Shown here one piece after another: positions 8,601 to 16,882 of a stretch of 17,658 bases of DNA. The notes beneath the pieces were generated by a model, which worked only from the letters and a program-made list of their open reading frames with translations, did no database searches and had not been told where the DNA came from. The position numbers and the translations under genes were made by a program. The stretch's first letter is position 1. Each line of letters opens with the position of its first letter. The stretch is from Tubiluchus corallicola (lineage: Eukaryota > Animalia > Priapulida): assembly GCA_030141605.1 (NCBI GenBank), contig JAQGDQ010002500.1, forward strand, positions 1 through 17,658, in the 5' to 3' direction.

Positions 8601-11600
8601 TCCAACATTTTTATAAACAGCCCTTGCGTCTCTATCTTCCAAATTATCTACACATAGTTGCATAGATTGCTCATTTATCCTTCTATCATTGTAGCCAGAA
8701 ATATCTACTTCTCTTACAATTCCTGGAGGCAATGTGTATGGCACCTTTCCATCAATTATGCTTCCATTCTTTTCTAATCCAACCACAGAAACAGCAAAAT
8801 TGCTATTGTTAGGTTCGGGCTTTTCGTGAATAGCATCATCATATAAACTTTTTTCATACTTTCTCCATTTAGTTCCCACCAGCTGCAAGTCTGCCATTCT
8901 TAAAACAACAGGTTCTTGAAAATTTGTAAGATACATGCGAACAAATCGCATGGATTTAAAGTCTGAAATGTCGCCATACTTTCCTGTTGGCGATCTTACA
9001 GGTATTCTAAATAAATACCAATTTACAATTTCTCCTGTCCCTGTTTCTGTTTCTACTTGGTCTACTATATACTTATGATTTTTCAAGGTGGCAGGAGTCA
9101 ACTCTACTTCATACTCAAAATACTCTTCTAATGTGTTTAGAGTTCTGTCTCCATTTGCATCCTCCCCATCAGGATTTACCTGCCCTGCCTTATCGACTAT
9201 TAAATTCCCGCTTCCATCCACAGGAGAGTTGTTTTCAGGATTATTATGATATTTATATCGCTCTATAATAGATGCGTTTCTTTCAGTAAATGACTCATCA
9301 AAATGATGTATAAAATCATCTTCTGAAGGGTCTGATAAGATTTTTTGATACACACTTGCACCTACTTTTCCTTGTATTTGATTTAAAAAATCACTAAAAT
9401 GTTCTATTTCGTCTTGACTGCTCAAACCATCAAGCCCTACATCTTGACGTTGCCTCGCCTCAGGATCGTTATCAAACACATTACTAATGTATTGTTGAGT
9501 AGAGACAGCTCCCCATGGAGATTTATAAATTTTTGATTCATCATTATCAGAAGGCAGCCCATTTTCAAATGATATCCTCCCGTCTTTCAATACATCTTCT
9601 GATATATTTCCCAAGTTAAAAACTAGTTTCCCTCCCGTTGTGTTATTCTTATTAAACACTCCATCTTCCACTATTCCATTTTCTCCATCAATGAATGGGT
9701 CTAATAAGAAAAATTCTATGTATTCTATATTATTTCTATCAAAGTCCACATCAGAAGTAATGCTTCTAAATATAGCTCCAAAATTGTCTTGTGGGTTGCG
9801 CAACATTCCATCAGAGTTAAGGTCTGGATTATAGTTATATATTCCTCTTTCCTCAGGAAAATAAGCTAAATTAAGTATTTGAAGTATATTTTGCTCTACT
9901 GCTCCTTGATCTCTATGAGGGAATACTTCCTTTATTGGAATAGGCCTTATATAGTGATTGCTTAGGTCTTCTATGGTAATATTAGAAGGTCTGTATTTTG
10001 GGTTATATAAATTATTATCAATAGAATACCACGACATTTTTGCTCGTTTATAACCTACCGACAAGTCGTTAACGCTAATATTCTTCATAAATTTCCCATC
10101 ATTTGTTTCGGGAGTAGATGCCACTTGCCATTGTCGCGCTGCTGACAAATTAACTAATGATGTGGTGGTTTCAAAATCATCTATATAAGAAGCATTTTCA
10201 CCATTGATTAAATTGTTGGCATCGACAGGAATAAGGTGTGACATTTCTGCCTGAACGCTAACACTTGAAGCTTGTTTTGTATCTACAAATGGAAGGCGAT
10301 TGACAAGACCTGTCAAAAAATTTGACTTTTGAAAGTAGTTTACATCAAACCCGTACTGATAGTTTTTTACTCCTTCTTGCCCTACTGAAACCCTTTGTTG
10401 ATTGGTTCCTGTTGATGTTTGCGTTCTTACACTTTCGTTATAGTATAGTCCTGTAAAGCCAAAATTCATATCGTCGCTTAGCCTATACTCAAATCTTGCC
10501 CCAAACAACGTACGGGTGCGTAAATTAAATATATCTTCTGATTCTGAAACAGCTCTAATAGTTTGTCCTGAATTTAATACTGATTCATTAATGATGGTTA
10601 CTCTTCCAAGTTGGTAGTTTACTGTGTAGTCTACACCTTCTACAAGGAGGACATTCCCCGCATACACCTGCACTGAGCCTTCTGTTACATTAAAACTATT
10701 TAAAAAAATTTCATTATCTGATACTGTTTTCATTCTTCCCTTTAAAAAGAACTTATTTTTGTTTGACAATAGCTCAGCATCATATTTTGTTTGTTGATAT
10801 AATTCTTGATAGCCATATTTTTGAATTAAGTTTCCTTCTGACACAGGGTCAAAATAACTAATAAGGTGGCTTCCAAAAGGTTCTAATACGGGAAATAGTA
10901 TTAATCCTCGTGAAGAAATTACTGTTACATTTTCTACAAAATCAAAAACTCCATTGGGTTGAAAGTCATTATTTGAGTTAAGATTATCAAGACCTAATAA
11001 TTCAGTAAGTGGCACATTTTTAGTTTTTTCTCCTTCAAGTAAACTGATACTATTGATTCCTGTTATGTCATCTCTATAATGAACTCTCAACATAAAATCT
11101 TCTTGCTTAATACCTCCTCTTGCCAATTGATATATGTTTTTCATCATTAAGTCCCATGTTGGCAACGATGTATTGATTTTATTTGGACGAAGGAGTTTTA
11201 AAAATACAACATCACCTTCGGGAACATTTTGATAGTCTTCTGTAAGTTCTCCTACCTTATATGTTCTTCCTTGATAGGTATATTCATACGCAACAGCAAG
11301 CACTTCATTGCTCCTGAGTTTTCTTGACAGTGTTATAAACCCCAACTCAGAATGAATAGAATAATCTCTCTCTGATAGTTTTCTGGCAGAAGTGATTGCC
11401 TCAAAATGTGTGGCAGGAGTCATATTGTATTTCGATCTGAGTGTGTTTTCTGCTTCATGTATATTTCTTAATACCTCATCTTCTGTGACTGTTTTAAAAA
11501 GCTCGTTGGCATCATTTGATGCTGGCACATTACCTTTTCCATTACCTACATGCATTTCTCCTTGTTGAATCATTCTGTTTCCTTCTCCCAAATCTGAAAA

Positions 11601-12731
11601 TGCAACTATATTTCTAAGACCTTGCGTGGTGTTTTCTTGGTTAATAATATAAACTTCTACCCTTGTTACGTTCACAAAAGAGGTAATTTGTGGTATTGCT
11701 TCTAACCATTGTTCATAGTGGTCTCTAAAAAAATGCCCTAAAAAAAAGTGTCTATTATCATCATAATTTGATGCTACTACTTCAAAATCTTGTCCTTGCG
11801 CTCCTGTATTACTTCTATTTACTTGTACTTCATTTACTTCTCCTCTTTTTTCAGGAGCAAACAATAAGGTAGTATATAGTTTTCCGAAACGCAGTTGTGC
11901 TTTAACTCCTATCAAGTTTTCTGAACCATATATTAAGCTATTGCCTGATGGCAGGCTAATATTTCCAAATTCTAATTGTTGAATGATGTCTTCTTCAAAC
12001 GATGTGTAGGCTGCTTTGAATCTCCAAGGAGCAGCTAGTGCGCTGTTGGTTTCAAAATTTCCTGAAACCTCTAGTTTTTGTCCTACTTTAACTATACCGC
12101 TCAAATTTCCTTGCAAGTTAAATATAGGGGTAAATTGTGTGTTTTGAGATGTTGTATTGCCTGTTGGTATTTGTAACTGTTGAATGTTTCCTCCTAAATT
12201 TACATTTCCATATCCACTAGCTTTCACTTCTATGTACTCACCTCCAAAGAGTCTATGGAAAAAATTTGAGGGCACATATAGCTTAGGTATGCCATATTTT
12301 CTTGATGTTCCATCATCTCTACGTTCATCTAATTCTGCTGCACTTTGTTTAAAGTAATTTTTTCTTGTTGTAGCATCATGCAATTCATCATATTCTTCAA
12401 AACTAATAATGGTAGGTGGTGTCAATATTAGATTGTCTGTGCCTTCTTGTATGCTATAATTAAGGGCTGTATCTACATCTACATTTCGTTGTAGGTTTTT
12501 TGGTGATTGTAATTTAAAAGGGCTTCGATGCTCTATATAGGGAGCTTTTTCTTCTGGTAGTCCCTTAGCATCAGTAGTGTCAAGCAAAAGAGTATCATTT
12601 TGATATCTTGAAAATATCAAATTTTCACTTTCGTAGAGATCAACTGACGTTCGCCCAAATGCGGTTGTTAATAATAACAACCCAATAGCAAAAGGCAATA
12701 AAGTTCTTATTATAAAATAATTGACTAGCAA
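5613..12731 (-). CDS. sprA: Type IX secretion system outer-membrane translocon SprA (Sov), needed for gliding motility
   Basis: 2372 aa, the typical size. Motifs YDDNRHFFLGHFFR, LAVAYEYT, WDLMMKNIY, IFPVLEPFG-like LFPVLEPFG, YIDDFE, NLGNISEDVLKDG, QDVGLDGL and WVNELR. Signal-peptide-like N-terminus, TTG start 1 nt after the ruvA stop, and the ruvA-sprA order known in Bacteroidota. Confidence 0.96.
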   Translation of the reverse strand: MLVNYFIIRTLLPFAIGLLLLTTAFGRTSVDLYESENLIFSRYQNDTLLLDTTDAKGLPEEKAPYIEHRSPFKLQSPKNLQRNVDVDTALNYSIQEGTDNLILTPPTIISFEEYDELHDATTRKNYFKQSAAELDERRDDGTSRKYGIPKLYVPSNFFHRLFGGEYIEVKASGYGNVNLGGNIQQLQIPTGNTTSQNTQFTPIFNLQGNLSGIVKVGQKLEVSGNFETNSALAAPWRFKAAYTSFEEDIIQQLEFGNISLPSGNSLIYGSENLIGVKAQLRFGKLYTTLLFAPEKRGEVNEVQVNRSNTGAQGQDFEVVASNYDDNRHFFLGHFFRDHYEQWLEAIPQITSFVNVTRVEVYIINQENTTQGLRNIVAFSDLGEGNRMIQQGEMHVGNGKGNVPASNDANELFKTVTEDEVLRNIHEAENTLRSKYNMTPATHFEAITSARKLSERDYSIHSELGFITLSRKLRSNEVLAVAYEYTYQGRTYKVGELTEDYQNVPEGDVVFLKLLRPNKINTSLPTWDLMMKNIYQLARGGIKQEDFMLRVHYRDDITGINSISLLEGEKTKNVPLTELLGLDNLNSNNDFQPNGVFDFVENVTVISSRGLILFPVLEPFGSHLISYFDPVSEGNLIQKYGYQELYQQTKYDAELLSNKNKFFLKGRMKTVSDNEIFLNSFNVTEGSVQVYAGNVLLVEGVDYTVNYQLGRVTIINESVLNSGQTIRAVSESEDIFNLRTRTLFGARFEYRLSDDMNFGFTGLYYNESVRTQTSTGTNQQRVSVGQEGVKNYQYGFDVNYFQKSNFLTGLVNRLPFVDTKQASSVSVQAEMSHLIPVDANNLINGENASYIDDFETTTSLVNLSAARQWQVASTPETNDGKFMKNISVNDLSVGYKRAKMSWYSIDNNLYNPKYRPSNITIEDLSNHYIRPIPIKEVFPHRDQGAVEQNILQILNLAYFPEERGIYNYNPDLNSDGMLRNPQDNFGAIFRSITSDVDFDRNNIEYIEFFLLDPFIDGENGIVEDGVFNKNNTTGGKLVFNLGNISEDVLKDGRISFENGLPSDNDESKIYKSPWGAVSTQQYISNVFDNDPEARQRQDVGLDGLSSQDEIEHFSDFLNQIQGKVGASVYQKILSDPSEDDFIHHFDESFTERNASIIERYKYHNNPENNSPVDGSGNLIVDKAGQVNPDGEDANGDRTLNTLEEYFEYEVELTPATLKNHKYIVDQVETETGTGEIVNWYLFRIPVRSPTGKYGDISDFKSMRFVRMYLTNFQEPVVLRMADLQLVGTKWRKYEKSLYDDAIHEKPEPNNSNFAVSVVGLEKNGSIIDGKVPYTLPPGIVREVDISGYNDRRINEQSMQLCVDNLEDRDARAVYKNVGFDLLNYGRIKMFVHAHENEMPLENDEVNMFIRLGTDFAQNYYEIEWPLKITDINAIQPEDIWPEENELNVAFDDLYALKVKRNREEHSLDLPFSDSLENKYKITMRGRPELKNLQTIMIGVKNPNREVDDNQPKSICVWVNELRVTDFDKKSGWAANALVNLKLSDLGNINLGTNYSSIGFGSIQSKVSDRAREQMLHYEVTTNLQLHKFLSPKTGIIVPMYFSIEETVITPEFDPLDKDIKLDVVLSTLETEQEKSDYKKIAQERNTRHSINFSNVRKVRTNPESKPNFYDVENLSFTYAYSKAQSSDVYVASNAITRHKGNIKYAYSSKDVNIEPFKKTDALKSKHLKLIKDFNFSPVPSSYDVNMELDRNFSRLQLRNADLTTDGVRPLWDKTFLFNRFYGFEWKLAKSLTLSYSAQVHAVIDEPDGDIDTREKKQELWGNVASLGRMKNFNQNIRANYKVPINKIPYFNWVTLNLQAGTNYNWNAGAYSREPSNNQQLIFGNTIDNNRSFSANTQLNFATLYKHSKYLRKVDRPTKRRASTSYKITREIVKPLLLVRNIRASYSQRAMTTMPGYQPQPFLLGLDSAWKSPGFSYIFLGSQNPDIRKKLAEDGYIISDTLLPKPFMQTRTNSLNIQSSLEPFKDLRIQLKFETTNSTMYNEFFKISDGGYNIHSPVRAGQYSITTNTILTAFAKDGANKSSKAFEAFKNNREQIVGRLDDERYPLNSQDVLIPAFLSAYSGRDINNTSLNPFRALPIPNWSLEYRGLRNIKSLKKIFSVINITHAYTSKYSVNNYVSSLEYEDNLELNNGTTNYIAPTKVNDNGEFIPVMLIEQVGIQEQFHPLIGINLKTRAGISTRFEVKKTRNVLLTLSNAQVTELRANDYFFSIDYTKAKMKLPFKSKGRIITLENDITFKMNFSIRDTETIQRVMDEEDQVTSGVYNVQIRPQIDYRFIEWLFLTLYYERTVNNPKVNTYPRRNNSFGFQLRANIVN

Positions 12732-12732
12732 G

Positions 12733-13318
12733 TTAGCTTTTTAGTGCTAATTTTATTAACTCTTCTAACGTAATGATGTTGTTTGTTTGTTTTAGAATAT
12801 TATTTAAGTTTTTTTCGCATATTTTTTTCATTCCAAGTGTCAATAAAGCAGATAATGCTTCTTTATATGTTTCATTTTCCATATTGCGAGCATTAAATTT
12901 TTGCGGCTCTATTTGTGTTTTTTTGATTTTATCTTTTAGTTCTAATATTATTCTTTGAGCCGTTTTTTTGCCTATACCTTTCACTTTTTCTAATACTTCC
13001 ACTTGTCCCTGTGCAATGGCGTATTCTATTTCTTGCGTTGCCAAAAAGGATGTAACAATCAAACCTGTATTTGGTCCCACTCCTGAGACAGATATTAGCT
13101 TTATAAAAATAGTTTTTTCTTCTATATTATCAAAACCAAATAGTGTGTGGGCACTGTCTGATATATGAAGGTATGTCAACAGTTTGCATTGTTTTTTCTC
13201 TTTAATAGTGGTATACGTATTCAATGATATTTTAATTTCATATCCTACTCCTCCATTAGTTTCTATTACCACACAGGTAGGTTCTATGTGCAATACTTCC
13301 TTGAATATTATTTATCAT
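12733..13318 (-). CDS. ruvA: Holliday junction branch migration protein RuvA with a frameshift near the 5' end
   Basis: GGVGYEI, HhH motifs LISVSGVGP and VKGIGKKTAQRIILELKDK, and EALSALLTLG. The continuous ORF is 12733-13293. The expected N-terminus MINNIQG starts at ATG 13318 in a different frame. Confidence 0.93.
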
Positions 13319-13367
13319 AATTAAAGCTTTAAAAAGATAAGATTATTTTAATCTTTCTATATGATAG

Positions 13368-13398
13368 CAAATATAAATAAGAAAGTTTTTAATAGAAA
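13368..13398 (-). promoter_or_regulatory. Bacteroidota promoter for ruvA-sprA
   Basis: On the minus strand: TTTC (13398-13395), 19-nt spacer, TATATTTG (13375-13368), about 50 nt upstream of ATG 13318. Confidence 0.65.
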
Positions 13399-13407
13399 TA
13401 TATCTTC

Positions 13408-14391
13408 TTATTTATTAAAAAGTTTGGGGATTGATTGTTTTACATTTATTAAAAATCTATACAAAAATCTATACCATGAATATGATAGTGTATCAAATAA
13501 TATAAGGTGGTACTTTTTTTTATCTAAAAAATAATAAGTCTTAAATAACAATTCAGATAGTTCTCTGTTTACTCCTATACATTTAGGATGGCGTAATGGG
13601 AAGGATATTTCTGTTTTTTTAATTTTGTTGATTTTAGAGTTTGGATTTTTTGTATGTGTTGAGTATTCTGCATCGAATCCTATATTTTTAATCAAATTAA
13701 CTTGTGGCACAATTGCTAATCCCGAATTTATTCTACTAACAAATTGCCATTGATAAGACCAATAGGTAATTTTTGCTATATTTTTGCGAGTATAATCAAA
13801 AACGTTTTTATGAAAATCAAAATCTAAGCCATACATTAAAAAGTCTCTATACCTTTCTTTAGCATACTTTTCATCCCACAATTTCATTTTAAAATCGAAA
13901 TGTTTCCATGCCCTTTTCCATGTAGCCCAACCCCAAGTAGCTTCTCTTGTTGAAAAATGATAACTTAATGAATTATTGTTGTATTTACCTAATATGTTAA
14001 ACCCTCCTATTGTCCATACTCGCATATCGTCTTTGTACTTTATTAGTAGTTCTTCACAAAATGGAAAAAAGCTTTGACTTGGCAAGCAGTCGTCTTCTAA
14101 TATAATACCCATTTCCTCGTGTTCAAAAAACCAACTAATTGCCCTACTTATTGCAACCCCACACCCTAAGTTTTTTTGTCTAAAAAGTGTTTTGACATCG
14201 CACTTCCAATCAACACTATTTACTACATAATCCCTTACCGCTTGTATCTCTTCTTTCTCACCTTGTTTGTTTTTTCTTGCTCCATCTGAGGCTAAATATA
14301 GCCTGGGAGGTTTTGCTTTTCTAATAGCGGAAAAAACTTCTTTTGTGGTGCTAAGTCTATTAAATGTTAAGAATAAAACAGCTGTTTTCAT
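13408..14391 (-). CDS. GT-A fold nucleotide-diphospho-sugar transferase (family often annotated as HlpA-like)
   Basis: VLFLTFNR, LYLASDG, NLGCG.AI..AISWFF, DXD-like IILEDDCLP, WGWATWKRAW and NLIKNIGF. Confidence 0.88.
   Translation of the reverse strand: MKTAVLFLTFNRLSTTKEVFSAIRKAKPPRLYLASDGARKNKQGEKEEIQAVRDYVVNSVDWKCDVKTLFRQKNLGCGVAISRAISWFFEHEEMGIILEDDCLPSQSFFPFCEELLIKYKDDMRVWTIGGFNILGKYNNNSLSYHFSTREATWGWATWKRAWKHFDFKMKLWDEKYAKERYRDFLMYGLDFDFHKNVFDYTRKNIAKITYWSYQWQFVSRINSGLAIVPQVNLIKNIGFDAEYSTHTKNPNSKINKIKKTEISFPLRHPKCIGVNRELSELLFKTYYFLDKKKYHLILFDTLSYSWYRFLYRFLINVKQSIPKLFNK
13451..13474. repeat. Perfect 12-bp tandem duplication inside the glycosyltransferase gene
   Basis: AAAAATCTATAC x2, encoding YRFL-YRFL on the minus strand. 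Confidence 0.8.
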
Positions 14392-14400
14392 TTTTAAGGA

Positions 14401-15156
14401 TTATTTTAATTTATCGTTAAAAGTGTCACCTCGCAAGCCTAATCTAATGGTTTCTAATGAAATAATATCATTATATGATATATTTCCTAAGTTTACATTA
14501 GAGCCAAGAAGTTTTACAAAAAAAACTTGTTGAGATTTAAGAGGGGTTTCCCAAATGATTTTTTCTTTCGGAAATGTTGCTATAATATTATTTATTAATG
14601 ATATCTTTGCCTGTCCTTCAGAATCAAATATGCCTACATTTCCTCCTTCTCTTGCTTCATTAATCACTTTCCATGCTCCTGCTTCCAATTCTTGTTTTAT
14701 AAATTTAATCCAATCTTCATTTGATATAATTTTTTTAGCATTTTTGCACCCTACCTCAGACAATACTTTCACTTGTTGTGATAATGTATGTATGTATTCA
14801 CATTTTCTATCAGGTGCTATTACCAATGATCCATTAGAGACTTCTGCATATTCTAATCCGTATTTATCTAATACTTTCTGATAATCATCAAATTGATTTC
14901 TTGCTACAAAGGCTTCAAACAGTGTTCCTCCAAAATATACGGGAATATTGGCTTGCTTATAGGCATTTATTTTCTTTTTAAATTTACTACGACGAGATGT
15001 CTCCCAATCCAAATTACTATGTCTATAAAAGTCACTTGAAACACTTAGCACATCTTCTATTTCTCTCACGCTAAGCCCCTTATCAATAACCATTGTGATG
15101 CCATTTTTTCGCGGTTTTTCTGTCCTGTAGGGCAAGTCATTTAATAAAAAATTCAT
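14401..15156 (-). CDS. comA: Phosphosulfolactate synthase (ComA family) with a locally scrambled frame at about 14975-15030
   Basis: R.EKPR.NGITMVIDKGL, VYFGGTLFE, EVSNGS, VLSEVG.K, EAREGG..GI, IWETP.KSQQ, NVNLGNI and LETIRLGLRGDT. Confidence 0.9.
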   Translation of the reverse strand: MNFLLNDLPYRTEKPRKNGITMVIDKGLSVREIEDVLSVSSDFYRHSNLDWETSRRSKFKKKINAYKQANIPVYFGGTLFEAFVARNQFDDYQKVLDKYGLEYAEVSNGSLVIAPDRKCEYIHTLSQQVKVLSEVGCKNAKKIISNEDWIKFIKQELEAGAWKVINEAREGGNVGIFDSEGQAKISLINNIIATFPKEKIIWETPLKSQQVFFVKLLGSNVNLGNISYNDIISLETIRLGLRGDTFNDKLK

Positions 15157-15875
15157 TATAGTTTGTTTTTATATTGATCTATAATTTTTATTAAAACAAG
15201 CTGTGCATCTGGGTTATCATGCAAAAAATCTAAACACTCATGATGCTTTTCAAAATTTAAAACTATAGCTTTTTCAAAATAAGTGATCGCTTTTTGATAT
15301 TTACCTAAACAAATCAAATATACTACTGCTCTATAATATAAACGTGCTTGCTGTTTTGTTTCTTTCAAAGCCTTTTCTAATATGGAAAAAGCTTTTTCCA
15401 TCTGATTGCCTACATAATATACTTCTGACCAGTTAAGGTATATTTTTATATTGTGAGGAGAGAGTAAGCTAGCTTTTTCATAGTGTTTAAGTGCTATATT
15501 CATTTCTCCTAACTGAAAAAATGCCTGTGCTATTTTATGATAGTATTTGCCGTTTTTGTCATCCAACTGAAACGCATTTTTTAAACAACATATGGCTTCA
15601 TGAAATTTATTTTGTTCAAAATAGCATATTCCCAACCTATGCCAAGCTTTTACTATTTTATCGTCTTTTTTTAATGCCTCTCTGTAATATTTAATTGCTA
15701 ATTGTGTGGCATTTAGTTTCTTATAAGTAAACGCCATAGCACAAGATAGTCTTGTGCTATCTTGCCCTTCATATAGAAGTTCTGTTAAAACATATAACGC
15801 TTTGGTATATTGGCATTTTTTAACGTAAATCGCCGCTATTTTATAATACGCTTCCTGGTGTTTAGCATCTAACAA
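15156..15875 (-). CDS. Tetratricopeptide repeat protein, C-terminal fragment of a split gene
   Basis: TPR units such as AWHRLGICYFEQNKFHEAICCLKNAFQLD and YYHKIAQAFFQLGEMNIALKHYEKASLLSP. The frame extends upstream of the TTG as IAYKNENYDKAIESFEYAI. The stop overlaps the comA start (TAATG). Confidence 0.85.
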   Translation of the reverse strand: MLDAKHQEAYYKIAAIYVKKCQYTKALYVLTELLYEGQDSTRLSCAMAFTYKKLNATQLAIKYYREALKKDDKIVKAWHRLGICYFEQNKFHEAICCLKNAFQLDDKNGKYYHKIAQAFFQLGEMNIALKHYEKASLLSPHNIKIYLNWSEVYYVGNQMEKAFSILEKALKETKQQARLYYRAVVYLICLGKYQKAITYFEKAIVLNFEKHHECLDFLHDNPDAQLVLIKIIDQYKNKL

Positions 15876-15996
15876 AATGGCATATTCGAATGACTCTATT
15901 GCTTTATCGTAATTTTCGTTTTTATATGCTATAACCTAAGCTAAAATATGTTCTGATGTTATGATTTATTATTGTTTAAAAGTCATATTCTGACTG

Positions 15997-16515
15997 TTAC
16001 TTTATCAACTTTAAACATTCAGACTTAGAAACAGCGTCTGCATGGGTGAAATTAGTCAACAATATTTTTTTATAATACTCTGCTGCTTGCTTATATTGCA
16101 ACATCGCTTCATAATTATACGCTATGCAATAATAAACTTGTTCTTTGTCTTCTAGTAAGTATTTTTCTACTTCTTGATATATCTTATTGGAGTTATAAAA
16201 ATCTTCTTTTAAGGATAAAATATCACCTTTCAACAGCATACATTCTGTATTAGAAGGCTCCATGCTTGTTATTTTATCTACATGTCTTAATGCTTCATCC
16301 AATCGGTCTTGTTTAAATAAAACAACGCTTTTGCAAAATAAAATTTCTATTGAATTTGGGTGTTGTTTCAACGCTTCATTGCATATTTGAATTGCCTTTT
16401 CAAAGTCTTCTTTTTCTTCATAATATTGAATAAAATCTTCAAACTCCTCTGTGTTATAATATCGCAATTTTCCCGCTAAAAATTCTTTCTCAAATTCCTT
16501 TATTTTTATCTTCAT
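15997..16515 (-). CDS. Tetratricopeptide repeat protein, N-terminal fragment of a split gene
   Basis: EEFEDFIQYY...KAIQICNEALKQHP resembles the N-terminus of the roughly 460-aa Bacteroidota TPR protein found beside comA. Further TPR units follow (YYCIAYNYEAMLQYKQAAEYYKKIL). Confidence 0.85.
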   Translation of the reverse strand: MKIKIKEFEKEFLAGKLRYYNTEEFEDFIQYYEEKEDFEKAIQICNEALKQHPNSIEILFCKSVVLFKQDRLDEALRHVDKITSMEPSNTECMLLKGDILSLKEDFYNSNKIYQEVEKYLLEDKEQVYYCIAYNYEAMLQYKQAAEYYKKILLTNFTHADAVSKSECLKLIK

Positions 16516-16539
16516 GCATGTTAATGGATAAATTCAATA

Positions 16540-16547
16540 CAAACTTA
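16540..16547 (-). promoter_or_regulatory. -7 promoter element for the TPR-comA-glycosyltransferase unit
   Basis: TAAGTTTG on the minus strand, 24 nt upstream of ATG 16515. A T-run sits at the -33 position. Confidence 0.6.
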
Positions 16548-16882
16548 GTCTTATTTTTTTGAATAAAAAAGGTTTTGTTGAGAAAAGTTTCTATTGCTTT
16601 TAAGAATCATTTTCAATACATTAAGCTAATATCTATCCTTTCATTATTTTATTTGCATGGGCTGTAACATAGCTATATTTCTTGCTCCCCTTTTTTATAA
16701 AGCGAATAAAAATACTTTATTCCTCAAAAAAACAGAAATTATTTCTCTAAAAGTTAGCTGTTTGGGATTATTAGGATGTTTCTTTTTATTTTTGAGACAA
16801 AGAGAATCGCGTCTTCATATGTCAAGCATCTTGAGACTATTTAGTCCACTATGCTTCTGCTGTTTTCAATATATTAACGATG

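Noticed and set aside
14401-15156. Coenzyme M biosynthesis inferred from comA
   Set aside because: No comB, comC or comDE in the window. Stand-alone ComA homologs are widespread in bacteria that do not make coenzyme M.
8131-15694. Short plus-strand ORFs at 8131, 9640, 12773, 12968, 14267, 14555 and 15491
   Set aside because: Antisense to sprA, ruvA, the glycosyltransferase, comA or the TPR gene, with no independent evidence.
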